Assembly: GCA_045124495.1 (NCBI GenBank)
Contig: JBGVLX010000051.1
Coordinates: 5,502 to 69,501, forward strand
Length of the DNA stretch: 64,000 nucleotides
Reading direction: 5' to 3'
DNA from: Lachnospiraceae bacterium
GTDB taxonomy: Bacteria; Bacillota; Clostridia; Lachnospirales; Lachnospiraceae
How positions within the stretch are numbered: position 1 is the stretch's first letter; each line of letters opens with the position of its first letter. Shown here in pieces: positions 1 to 8,784 of this stretch. Under the pieces are notes generated by a model. It had not been told where the DNA came from, ran no database searches, and worked only from the letters and a program-made list of their open reading frames with translations. A program made the translations under genes and the position numbers.

Positions 1-1174
1 TCTTTTGCCACTGTACTGTTAACAGCTTTACTTTCCGTCAATGCTATCAGTTTCGCTAAATTATCTGCACTAAACTTAAGGTCTTCGACTTCCATTTCAT
101 TTTCCTTCAACAAACGCATCGTTTCTACCATCAGCCAGTTCGATACTTTCTTTGGAGCAGCACCTAAAGCTATGGTTTCTTCAAACAAATCTGCCATACG
201 CTTGGAAGAAGTAATAATATCAATATCATATTCCGGTATATCAAATTCCTTCTGGTATCTTTCTTTTTTCTCATCTCGTAATTCCGGCTGTCTGCTCTTA
301 ACTTCTTCTAACCATTCTTCACTAATGATAATTGGCACCAAATCCGGATCAGGGAAATAACGGTAATCCTGGGCATCTTCTTTCGAACGCATAGCATAGG
401 AACATTCCTTATTATCATCCCATCTTCTGGTTTCCTGAATCACCGGTTTTCCTTCTTCTAATAAATCAATTTGTCTTTCCCGTTCCGCCTCAATGGCTCT
501 GGCAATCGCCTTAAAGGAATTTAAGTTCTTGGTTTCTGTTCTGGTTCCAAATTCCTTCGCACCAACTTCACGAACAGATAAGTTCACATCTGCTCTCATG
601 GAACCTTCATTTAACTTACAATCGGAAGCACCTAGATACTGGATGATCATTCTTAACTTTTCAAGGTAAGCAATGACTTCATCTGCTGAACGCATATCTG
701 GTTCTGATACGATTTCTATCAATGGAACACCGGAACGATTAAAATCAACTAAAGTGGAATCATCCCAGGAGTCATGCACAAGTTTACCTGCATCTTCTTC
801 CATATGAATTTCATGAATACGAACATATTTTTTCTCGCCATTTACATTGATTTCAATCTTTCCATCCCTGCAAATTGGATAATAAAGTTGGGAAATCTGA
901 TAATTTTGTGGATTATCCGGATAAAAATAATTCTTTCGGTCAAACTTACAATTTCTTGTAATGGAACAATTAGTAGAAAGTCCAACAGCAATGGCTTTTT
1001 CCACTACTGCCTTATTTAAAACAGGAAGGGAACCTGGCATTCCGGAACATACCGGGCAGGTATGGGTATTCGGTGCACCACCAAATTCTGTACTACATCC
1101 ACAAAAAATCTTAGTTTTCGTTGAAAGTTCTACGTGTACTTCCAAACCAATGACGGTTTCATACGCTTTGCTCA
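1..1174 (-). CDS. gatB: Asp/Glu-tRNA(Asn/Gln) amidotransferase subunit B; 3' end cut by the window edge
   Basis: Absent from the ORF track because it runs off the window. Manual minus-strand translation from ATG at 1174 gives MSKAYETVIGLEVHVELSTKTKIFCGCSTEFGGAPNTHTCPVCSGMPGSLPVLNK, a classic GatB N-terminus. The ATG abuts the gatA stop codon. Confidence 0.9.
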
Positions 1175-2656
1175 TTATTTATCCCCTCCTTTTACCATTT
1201 CCGGTCGTTCATATGTCTTTGTCTGTTCAAAGGCATATGCAGCTCTTATGATCTTCTTTTCTTCAAATGCATTGCCAATCAACTGTAAACCGATTGGAAG
1301 ACCCTTAGAATCTTTTCCGCAAGGAAGACTGATTCCCGGAAGTCCTGCAAGATTTACAGATACCGTATATATATCACCCAAATACATCTTAATCGGATCA
1401 CTTAAACTCTTTCCTACTTCCAAAGCTGTAGTAGGAGCTGTTGGTCCTAAAATTACATCATATTTTTCAAATGCTTTATCAAAAGCCTGCTTAATCAACG
1501 CCTTTACCTTTAATGCCTTAACATAATATGCATCATAATATCCGGAACTTAAAACAAAGGAACCAAGCATAATTCTACGTTTCACTTCAGAACCAAATCC
1601 TTCTGAACGTGTCTTTTTATACATACTATGAAGACCGTCAAAATCTTTGGTACGATAACCATACTTCACACCATCGAAACGTTCCAGATTCGAACTTGCT
1701 TCTGCTGCTGCAATTACATAATAAGCTGGAATCGCATATTCTACCAGATTTAAATCAAATTCCTCTACGATAGCGCCTTTTTCCTCTAAAACCCTTGCAG
1801 CATTTAATACTGCTTCCTTTACTTCCTTATCCAGACCTTCTCCAAAATAATCTTTTGGAATTCCGATTTTCATTCCTTTTACATCGTCTACCAAAGCGGA
1901 AGTAAAGTCCTTCTCTTTCAGTTCTACTGAAGTTGAATCCTTTTTATCATGACTAGAAATAATCTCTAAAATCGTAGCACAATCTGTCACATCTTTCGCT
2001 AAAGGTCCAATCTGATCCAAAGAAGAACCATAAGCAATTAAACCATATCTGGATACCGTACCGTAGGTCGGTTTAATACCTGTTACTCCACAAAAAGAAG
2101 CCGGCTGACGAATGGAACCACCCGTATCGGAACCTAACGCATAGAAACATTCTTCTGCTGCTACTGCCGCCGCAGAACCACCGGAAGAACCTCCTGGCAC
2201 ATGATTCCCATTCCATGGATTTCTGGTAATACCATAATAAGAAGTTTCTGTCGTACTTCCCATAGCAAATTCATCCATATTGGTTTTACCTATAATCACT
2301 GCACCTGCATCCTCTAAATTTTTTACAGCCTCTGCCGTATAAGTAGGATTAAAATTACTTAGTATTTTTGAACTACAGGTTGTAAGCATACCCTTCGTAC
2401 ACATATTATCTTTTATAGCCACCGGTACACCTGCTAACGGTCCTGTAAGTTCCCCTGCGTCAATTTGTTTTTGGACCTTTGCAGCTTTTTCCAACGCACC
2501 TTCTTTATCCAAAGTGACATAACAATTTAAGTCTTTCTCTGATTTTTCAATCTGGGCGAACACTGCCTCCACAGCTTCCACTACAGACACTTCTTTTGCT
2601 TTTATTTTTTTCCCAAGCTCTACCGCTGTTAAACTAGTAAGTTCCACTGAATTCAC
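1175..2656 (-). CDS. gatA: Glu/Asp-tRNA amidotransferase subunit A (amidase family)
   Basis: 493-aa ORF with the amidase signature GGSSGGSAAAVAA. It lies between gatC and gatB. Confidence 0.95.
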   Translation of the reverse strand: MNSVELTSLTAVELGKKIKAKEVSVVEAVEAVFAQIEKSEKDLNCYVTLDKEGALEKAAKVQKQIDAGELTGPLAGVPVAIKDNMCTKGMLTTCSSKILSNFNPTYTAEAVKNLEDAGAVIIGKTNMDEFAMGSTTETSYYGITRNPWNGNHVPGGSSGGSAAAVAAEECFYALGSDTGGSIRQPASFCGVTGIKPTYGTVSRYGLIAYGSSLDQIGPLAKDVTDCATILEIISSHDKKDSTSVELKEKDFTSALVDDVKGMKIGIPKDYFGEGLDKEVKEAVLNAARVLEEKGAIVEEFDLNLVEYAIPAYYVIAAAEASSNLERFDGVKYGYRTKDFDGLHSMYKKTRSEGFGSEVKRRIMLGSFVLSSGYYDAYYVKALKVKALIKQAFDKAFEKYDVILGPTAPTTALEVGKSLSDPIKMYLGDIYTVSVNLAGLPGISLPCGKDSKGLPIGLQLIGNAFEEKKIIRAAYAFEQTKTYERPEMVKGGDK

Positions 2657-2658
2657 CT

Positions 2659-2952
2659 CTATTCTACAGTCTTTGGCACCTGATAAGCACCATCTTTTTG
2701 TTCTGGAGCGTTAAATAACATATTCTCCCTGTCGTCTCCATTGGTTACAATATCTTCACGAAATACATTATGAACAGAAAAGGTATGGCTCATAGGGACT
2801 ACATCTTCTGTATCCAGTTCATTTAGCTTGTCTATATAATCCAGCATACTCTCCATGTCTTTTTTTGCCTGTTCTTTTTCTTCCTTATCCAGTTCAAGTT
2901 TTGCTAAAATACCCACATATTCAATGGTATCGTCTGAAATTACATTTGCCAT
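2659..2952 (-). CDS. gatC: Glu/Asp-tRNA amidotransferase subunit C
   Basis: The ORF extends to 2970, but MANVISDDTIEYVGILAKLELD (ATG at 2952) matches the GatC N-terminus. Size is about 97 aa and the gene sits 2 nt upstream of gatA. Confidence 0.9.
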   Translation of the reverse strand: MANVISDDTIEYVGILAKLELDKEEKEQAKKDMESMLDYIDKLNELDTEDVVPMSHTFSVHNVFREDIVTNGDDRENMLFNAPEQKDGAYQVPKTVE

Positions 2953-3060
2953 ATTAAAAACCATGCACACTCTCTGAAGAAAAACAAAAAGGTATGCATT
3001 TTCCTTTCTTATTATTTTCTAATTTTCATACCAAACATCCCTTTGGTATAAACAGCAACG

Positions 3061-3086
3061 AAAAATCAGCTGTTATGCTGATTTTC
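3061..3086 (-). terminator. Rho-independent terminator after the 3141..3779 gene
   Basis: AAAATCAGC / GCTGATTTT 9-bp stem with a 6-nt loop, followed by T5 in the minus sense. Confidence 0.55.
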
Positions 3087-3140
3087 CATAAAAGCCTTTT
3101 TCTTCATTATCCTCAATGCCTCTCAACATATCCCGGATTT

Positions 3141-3779
3141 TTATTTTAATGTTGTAAGTGATTTGTATATTACATAATTATTAATATAAATCATAGATGT
3201 TATATCACCTGATGCATCACTCACAATAATCACACACTCTTTTCCATTCTCACTTTCATAAAGTCTGGCTGATTTACCTCCGGCTAATTCATAATCTGTA
3301 GAGGCATCTGTGTCAAAGGTAAAATCAACTTCTATTTCAGAAAGTGGATCTCCAATACCAACGCCGAAGAGTTTATTTTTCTTATCATCTCCATTTACCA
3401 ATACTCCAAAACGTCCCTGTGCCGGTGTATCCACAACATATACATTCTCCGTTCCATATACATGATAACCAATAGCATTCATAAAGAATTCATCCATAAT
3501 AGCGCTATTCTCAACAAAAGCGGTGCCAAATGTCTGTTCCAGCTGTTCATTTGATTTTAAATATGTTGTTTCAATTTTGATTTCCGGTCGTTTATATTCG
3601 TCAATCCAGGCTTTACCATAATGATAAACCACTGCTATAATCGCAATTATAACGATGATTTTGAAAAATCCCTTAAAATTAACGTTTACGCCGCCACTTT
3701 TCTTTGGTTTTTTTACATTTGTGTTATTGATCACTATTGGTGAATCGGTTAAATCATAAAATTCATTTCCATTGCTCAT
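3141..3779 (-). CDS. Hypothetical single-pass membrane protein
   Basis: 212-aa ORF. It has a basic N-terminus, one hydrophobic helix (FFKIIVIIAIIAVVY), then a soluble domain. I recognise no family. Confidence 0.6.
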   Translation of the reverse strand: MSNGNEFYDLTDSPIVINNTNVKKPKKSGGVNVNFKGFFKIIVIIAIIAVVYHYGKAWIDEYKRPEIKIETTYLKSNEQLEQTFGTAFVENSAIMDEFFMNAIGYHVYGTENVYVVDTPAQGRFGVLVNGDDKKNKLFGVGIGDPLSEIEVDFTFDTDASTDYELAGGKSARLYESENGKECVIIVSDASGDITSMIYINNYVIYKSLTTLK

Positions 3780-3945
3780 ATTTTTCCTCCCTAATCATAA
3801 AACATGCCTTCATCATACCTTAAAATCAAACGAATTTCAATAGTTTATGCTTCATATCTTAGAAATAAAATTGTATTTTTAAACCTTACACTTACTATAT
3901 CCATCCAAATACCTTATTACTTTAAGCCACTCAAAACGCCCTGTT

Positions 3946-4773
3946 CTACTTCAAATCTTTTTTTCTAAAATACAAAATGCCTAACAAACTGCTAACTAAC
4001 AAATAACCTATAGATAAAACAACTGCAAACTGTACTTCATAATTTTCAATTTCCAAATAAGAAAAATCCTCTATTACAGTTGCAATCCAATACTTTCCAC
4101 TTCTGGTTTCTTCACTAAAAGGAATGTTTGAATTTCCATTGATGGAAGAATCTATTACCGAAAATCCTGTAGTAAGTAAAACCAAAAGAACCGTTCCTAT
4201 GGTCATGGCTGCACCTTCGTGAGTAGTTAAAAAAGAAATCATGACAAAAAAGGCAGCTAAAGAGACATATAATATCAAATCCAATAAAACTACAAGAAGG
4301 AAGCGGTCCAAAGACCCTTCTATATCGAAATCGAAACCAAAACAAACTCCTGCAGTAAGAAAAACTGAAACAAAAGAAATTATGTAAATTACAGCAACTC
4401 CAAGCATGGTGTTTAAAAGTTTTGAAAGGTAAATCTGTCCTCTCTTATACCCTTTTAAAACAGCCAGATTAACGGTTCTTTGCTGAAACTCTCCCGCAAC
4501 ATAAATTGCAACAAAAACACAAATGATAATTCCTAAAATCTGAGCAAATGATAGACCAATTAATGTAAAATTATAGGCATCCATAACCTGCAACGCTTCT
4601 AGTTCCGTTTCATCACCTCCGGCAGCCTCTAATTTCGCCACATCTAAAAAAGAAAGAACTGCTTTAAATAAAATAGTAATTCCAATAAATCCAGCCATTA
4701 CAACACCGATACATACCCTAAGTGCCATGGATTTCTTTAATCGATAAAAATCCATCTTAATCAATTCTTTCAT
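3946..4773 (-). CDS. ABC-2 type transporter permease
   Basis: 275 aa with about 6 hydrophobic segments. It overlaps the stop of the upstream ATPase gene, suggesting translational coupling. Confidence 0.7.
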   Translation of the reverse strand: MKELIKMDFYRLKKSMALRVCIGVVMAGFIGITILFKAVLSFLDVAKLEAAGGDETELEALQVMDAYNFTLIGLSFAQILGIIICVFVAIYVAGEFQQRTVNLAVLKGYKRGQIYLSKLLNTMLGVAVIYIISFVSVFLTAGVCFGFDFDIEGSLDRFLLVVLLDLILYVSLAAFFVMISFLTTHEGAAMTIGTVLLVLLTTGFSVIDSSINGNSNIPFSEETRSGKYWIATVIEDFSYLEIENYEVQFAVVLSIGYLLVSSLLGILYFRKKDLK

Positions 4774-5500
4774 ACTGTTCCCCCATTACCATCATAAAAT
4801 ATTCTTCCAGCAAATCACCTTTCACTCCTTTTTCTTTTAACCGAAGTAATTTTTCTTCCAGTTCCTCTGCTGAAATTTCTTCTACCAATCTGCCTTCTTT
4901 CATAAAACCATACTTTGTCGCAATTTTTGATAATTCTGTAAGCATATGACTGGAAATAAAAATTGTCATACCATATTTTTTATTTAATTTTACTAATAAC
5001 TCTCTGATTTCCCTGATTCCCATAGGATCAAGACCATTCATAGGCTCGTCCAGAACTAGTAGTTTAGGACTTCCTACCAGGGCAATCCCAATGGCTAACC
5101 TCTGTTTCATTCCCAATGAGAAATATTTTGCTTTCTTTTTATCATTCTTTAGTCCAACTTCCTTTAGAATGTTAAGAAGACTCTCTTTGTCTTCCATGTG
5201 GCATAACTTCGCCTGTACCATAAGATTTTCCAGAGCTGTCATAGAAGGATAGATAGATGGATATTCTACAAAGCCCCCGATGGGTTTTACTGAATGAACT
5301 TCTTCCTCTTCAAAAAGAACAATCTTTCCATCATAATTTTTAATAAAATTCAGAATCATCCGTATTACAGTGCTTTTTCCTGCACCATTTTTTCCTACAA
5401 AACCATATATCTCTCCCTCTTCAATTTCAAAGGAAACCTGACTTACTACAGGTACTTTATCATAACATTTGGTAAGATTTATCGCTTGTAATATTTTCAT
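4757..5500 (-). CDS. ABC transporter ATP-binding protein
   Basis: Walker A GKNGAGKST, signature-like FSLGMKQRL and Walker B LLVLDEP. The preferred start is ATG 5500 (MKILQAINL), 5 nt after GAGGTGG. The ORF track start is 5512. Confidence 0.9.
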   Translation of the reverse strand: MKILQAINLTKCYDKVPVVSQVSFEIEEGEIYGFVGKNGAGKSTVIRMILNFIKNYDGKIVLFEEEEVHSVKPIGGFVEYPSIYPSMTALENLMVQAKLCHMEDKESLLNILKEVGLKNDKKKAKYFSLGMKQRLAIGIALVGSPKLLVLDEPMNGLDPMGIREIRELLVKLNKKYGMTIFISSHMLTELSKIATKYGFMKEGRLVEEISAEELEEKLLRLKEKGVKGDLLEEYFMMVMGEQYERID

Positions 5501-5617
5501 TTTCCACCTCACTGGATTTTTCTACAATTTTATCATAAATTCATTCAAGTTACCACTATCATTTTCTTTCTCATCCATTTTCTATTTTCATCCGTTCAAC
5601 TTTTATCCCCTCATCCA

Positions 5618-5701
5618 TTTTTATACGTCCCTCTGTTTTTACGTTTCCTTGTTTTTATACGTTTCCTTGTTTTTATACGTTCCTCTGTTTTATCTTTCTT
5701 G
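5618..5701. repeat. Tandem repeat of about 18 bp, 4.5 copies (TTTTTATACGTYYCYYTG)
   Basis: Units lie at 5618-5635, 5636-5651 (16 nt), 5652-5669 and 5670-5687, with a degenerate unit at 5688-5701. The array sits in the divergent intergenic region between the ABC ATPase gene and spoVAA. Confidence 0.85.
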
Positions 5702-5759
5702 CTTATTATTTTCTACCATAGTTTCCATAATTTTCATATATATTATTTCATTTTTTTCC

Positions 5760-5766
5760 CATACTA
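5760..5766 (+). promoter_or_regulatory. Possible forespore sigma-G/F type -10 element (CATACTA) for the spoVA operon
   Basis: CATACTA lies 41 nt upstream of the spoVAA ATG, with an A/T-rich TATATA about 17 nt further upstream. spoVA is sigma-G dependent in Bacillus subtilis. Confidence 0.3.
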
Positions 5767-5806
5767 TTTTCATGAATCACTAATATATTTGGAAAGGAAG
5801 TTTGTT

Positions 5807-6436
5807 ATGAACTCTGTTGACCTATATATAAAAGCAGAAATGAGTATCGCAATTACTAAAGATCATGTAACCATTGGGGACTTTGCCAAAATTTATTGTC
5901 AGGATAAAAACATAAAAAATCATGTCAGCACCTTAAAAATTGCAAATCGCAACCAGGCGAATGAAAATCACCTTGCAATTTCTCTTTTAGAAGTCATTCA
6001 GGAGATAAATAACATTTATCCCGATGTTAAGGTTATAAATGTTGGGGCACCTGATATTCTGGTACACTTTAAAAAAGCAAAACCGGAAAACAAAGCTTTA
6101 ACATTACTAAAACTGACATTCATCTGCCTTCTTGCCTTTTTAGGTTCCGCCTATGCCATTATTTCTTATAATACAGATGTGAATGCCTCCGATACATTTG
6201 TTATGTTATACAAATTATTTATGGGAACCTACCCATCAGGTCCCTCCATATTACAGCTTTCCTACTGTATTGGACTTCCAAGTGGCGTCATTTTATATTT
6301 TAATCATTTATCCCATAAAAATTTAAGTTCCGACCCATCGCCACTAGAAGTTCAGATGCGTACCTATGAACAGGAAGTAAATACAGCTTTAATTACCAAC
6401 GAAGGAAGGAAGGGAAATGAAATTGATGTGGATTAA
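5807..6436 (+). CDS. spoVAA: Stage V sporulation protein AA
   Basis: ATG at 5807 follows GGAAAGGAAG. The C-terminal part carries YFNH...DPSPLEVQM, resembling the B. subtilis SpoVAA FFNH...EPSPLEVEM as I recall it. It is first in the spoVA gene order. Confidence 0.8.
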   Translation: MNSVDLYIKAEMSIAITKDHVTIGDFAKIYCQDKNIKNHVSTLKIANRNQANENHLAISLLEVIQEINNIYPDVKVINVGAPDILVHFKKAKPENKALTLLKLTFICLLAFLGSAYAIISYNTDVNASDTFVMLYKLFMGTYPSGPSILQLSYCIGLPSGVILYFNHLSHKNLSSDPSPLEVQMRTYEQEVNTALITNEGRKGNEIDVD

Positions 6437-6839
6437 GTATGTTCTTTTAGTGTTATTAGGTTTTGGCGCCGGTCTTATCATCGCCGGAGCATTTATCGCC
6501 TTTATTTCCACCATTGGAATTTTTCCACGTTTTGCGGCACAAACCCATACCATAAAACATTTAAAATTATATGAAACTTTTATCTTATTAGGTTCCACTC
6601 TCGGAAATCTGATTTCCGTATATTCCATACCTGTCCCATTAGGTATTGCCGGACTTGCAATTTTAGGTTTTTTCTCTGGCGTTTTTGTCGGCTCTTTGGT
6701 AAGTGCCCTTGCAGAAGTTGCAAACACCATTCCGGTTTTTTCAAGAAGAGCTTCCATACGAAAAGGACTTCCTTATGTCTTAATCAGCATTGCATTAGGA
6801 AAAGGCATTGGTTCCTTTGTACAATATTTTATCATGTAA
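6417..6839 (+). CDS. spoVAB: Stage V sporulation protein AB
   Basis: 140-aa polytopic membrane protein of SpoVAB size and position. It overlaps the spoVAA end by 20 nt. Confidence 0.75.
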   Translation: MKLMWIKYVLLVLLGFGAGLIIAGAFIAFISTIGIFPRFAAQTHTIKHLKLYETFILLGSTLGNLISVYSIPVPLGIAGLAILGFFSGVFVGSLVSALAEVANTIPVFSRRASIRKGLPYVLISIALGKGIGSFVQYFIM

Positions 6840-6852
6840 AGGAGAACGATAT

Positions 6853-7314
6853 ATGAAACAAGAACCCTCACAAAAAGAGTACAATCAATATGTAAAACAA
6901 GTAACACCAACCCATTCTCTCGTAAAGAACTGTTTTCATGCTTTCTGGATTGGTGGCCTCATCTGTGTAATAGGTCAATTATTTTTTCATTTATTTCAGA
7001 CGAATCTGGATTTAAACAAAGAAGATGCCAGCACTTATGTTACCATTACTCTGGTATTGTTAAGTATCATTTTAACGGGATTTAATATATATCCAAAAAT
7101 CGCCAAATTAGGTGGTGCCGGAACTCTGGTTCCCATTACAGGTTTTGCAAACTCAGTAGCTGCTCCTTGTATCGAGTTTCAAAAAGAAGGACAGGTTTTT
7201 GGTATTGGTGTAAAAGTATTTACTATCGCCGGACCAGTTATCTTATATGGTATTTTTTCTTCTTTTGTTCTTGGCTTTATCTACTATATTTTATCAAGTC
7301 TGGGGGTATTATAA
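6853..7314 (+). CDS. spoVAC: Stage V sporulation protein AC
   Basis: ATG at 6853 follows GGAGAA. MKQEPSQKEYNQYVKQVTPTHSL...GGLICVIGQ is typical of SpoVAC. Confidence 0.9.
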   Translation: MKQEPSQKEYNQYVKQVTPTHSLVKNCFHAFWIGGLICVIGQLFFHLFQTNLDLNKEDASTYVTITLVLLSIILTGFNIYPKIAKLGGAGTLVPITGFANSVAAPCIEFQKEGQVFGIGVKVFTIAGPVILYGIFSSFVLGFIYYILSSLGVL

Positions 7315-8333
7315 TGCAGAATACAAAGATTCAAAAAGGAAAACAAAGTATTGCTTTCGAAAAAACACCCTATGTTCACTCTTATGCATCCATTGTAGGA
7401 CCGAAAGAAGGAGAAGGGCCTCTTGCATCCTACTTTGATATGATAACCAAAGATTTTGAATTAGGTCAAAATACCTGGGAAGAAGCCGAAAGCCAGTTAG
7501 TCACGCTAGCCATTAAAACTGCCATCAAAAAAGGGAATTTAAAGCCTGAACAAATACGTTATTTATTTGCCGGTGACTTACTAGGTCAGTTAATCGGAAG
7601 TACCTTCGGAGTGAAAGACTTAAATATTCCCGTTTTTGGCCTCTACGGGGCCTGTTCCACTATGGGGGAATCTTTATCCTTAGCTTCCATGTGTATTTCC
7701 GGTGGTTTTGCAGACTTTGCCACAGCTGTAACTTCCAGCCATTTCGCCAGTGCCGAAAAGCAATTCCGTTTTCCTTTAGAATATGGTAACCAACGTCCTT
7801 TAAGTGCTACATGGACGGTTACGGGAAGTGGAGCTGTTGTTTTATCTTCCGAAGAAAGTGACATAAAAATTACAGGTATTACCACCGGAACAATCATGGA
7901 CTATGGGATTCGCGATTCCATGAATATGGGTGCCTCAATGGCTCCTGCTGCGTGCAATGTTATTTATCAGAATCTCACTGACTTTAATTTATCTGTTGAT
8001 TACTACGATAAAATCATCACGGGAGATTTAGGCTACATCGGACAGGAAATTTTATTTAAGTTATTAAGGGACAATGGATATGAAATCAGTCACCTTCACA
8101 TGGATTGTGGAATTGAAATCTACGATAATGAAAAGCAGGATACGCATAGTGGGGGGTCCGGTTGTGGATGTTGTGCCTCTACCCTGTGTGGTTATATTTT
8201 TGAACAATTAAAAAAGAAAGTATGGAAACGAATCTTATTTGTTCCAACAGGAGCTCTATTGTCCACTGTTAGTTTTAACGAAGGACAAAATATTCCTTCC
8301 ATTGCTCATGGTATTATGTTTGAAAGGGTGTAA
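7314..8333 (+). CDS. spoVAD: Stage V sporulation protein AD (thiolase-fold, DPA-binding)
   Basis: The ATG overlaps the spoVAC stop (TAATG). SIVGPKEGEGPL and the overall 339-aa size fit SpoVAD. Confidence 0.9.
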   Translation: MQNTKIQKGKQSIAFEKTPYVHSYASIVGPKEGEGPLASYFDMITKDFELGQNTWEEAESQLVTLAIKTAIKKGNLKPEQIRYLFAGDLLGQLIGSTFGVKDLNIPVFGLYGACSTMGESLSLASMCISGGFADFATAVTSSHFASAEKQFRFPLEYGNQRPLSATWTVTGSGAVVLSSEESDIKITGITTGTIMDYGIRDSMNMGASMAPAACNVIYQNLTDFNLSVDYYDKIITGDLGYIGQEILFKLLRDNGYEISHLHMDCGIEIYDNEKQDTHSGGSGCGCCASTLCGYIFEQLKKKVWKRILFVPTGALLSTVSFNEGQNIPSIAHGIMFERV

Positions 8334-8338
8334 ACAAT

Positions 8339-8695
8339 ATGGACTATATAAATGCTTTTATTTCCGGCGGAATTATATGTATACTGACACAAATCTTAAT
8401 TGAAAAAACAAAGCTGATGCCAGGACGTGTCATGGTAATCCTAGTAATCATCGGAGCTGTTCTTGGTGCATTAGGGATTTATGAACCCTTCTCCAAATTG
8501 GCAGGATGTGGCGCTACAGTCCCTTTAACCGGTTTTGGATTTAATCTTTGGAAAGGAATCAAAGAAGCCATAGATACAGATGGTTTTTTAGGATTGTTTC
8601 GGGGTGGTTTTCAAGCTGCTGCAGCCGGTACCAGTGCTGCCCTTATCTTTTCCTATTTAGCAGCTCTTGTTTTTTCTCCAAAAATGAAACAATAA
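8339..8695 (+). CDS. spoVAE: Stage V sporulation protein AE (SpoVAEb-type)
   Basis: 118-aa membrane protein. GATVPLTGFG is shared with the SpoVAC/AE family, and it is the last gene of the operon. Confidence 0.9.
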   Translation: MDYINAFISGGIICILTQILIEKTKLMPGRVMVILVIIGAVLGALGIYEPFSKLAGCGATVPLTGFGFNLWKGIKEAIDTDGFLGLFRGGFQAAAAGTSAALIFSYLAALVFSPKMKQ

Positions 8696-8746
8696 TCCAG
8701 CCCTTAAATGTCTTTTTTCAGACATTTAATTCATATAGATAAAAAA

Positions 8747-8776
8747 GAACAAAGTGTGCAGGGGCACACTTTGTTC
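8747..8776. terminator. Bidirectional terminator between convergent spoVAE and the PBP gene
   Basis: GAACAAAGTGTGC-AGGG-GCACACTTTGTTC, a 13-bp perfect stem, with an A-run upstream and A/T-rich sequence downstream. Confidence 0.75.
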
Positions 8777-8784
8777 AAATATTC

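Noticed and set aside
2971-3140. Expected a T-box or other leader upstream of gatC, by analogy with Clostridium acetobutylicum
   Set aside because: No GGUGGUACCGCG-type T-box sequence is present on either strand. There is only a terminator for the upstream gene and a short ATACCAAA/TTTGGTAT hairpin.
5469-5783. 104-aa ORF spanning the ABC/spoVA intergenic region
   Set aside because: Its translation (…YVSLFLYVSLFLYVPLF…) is simply the 18-bp tandem repeat read in frame. There is no SD, and it overlaps the start of the ATPase gene.
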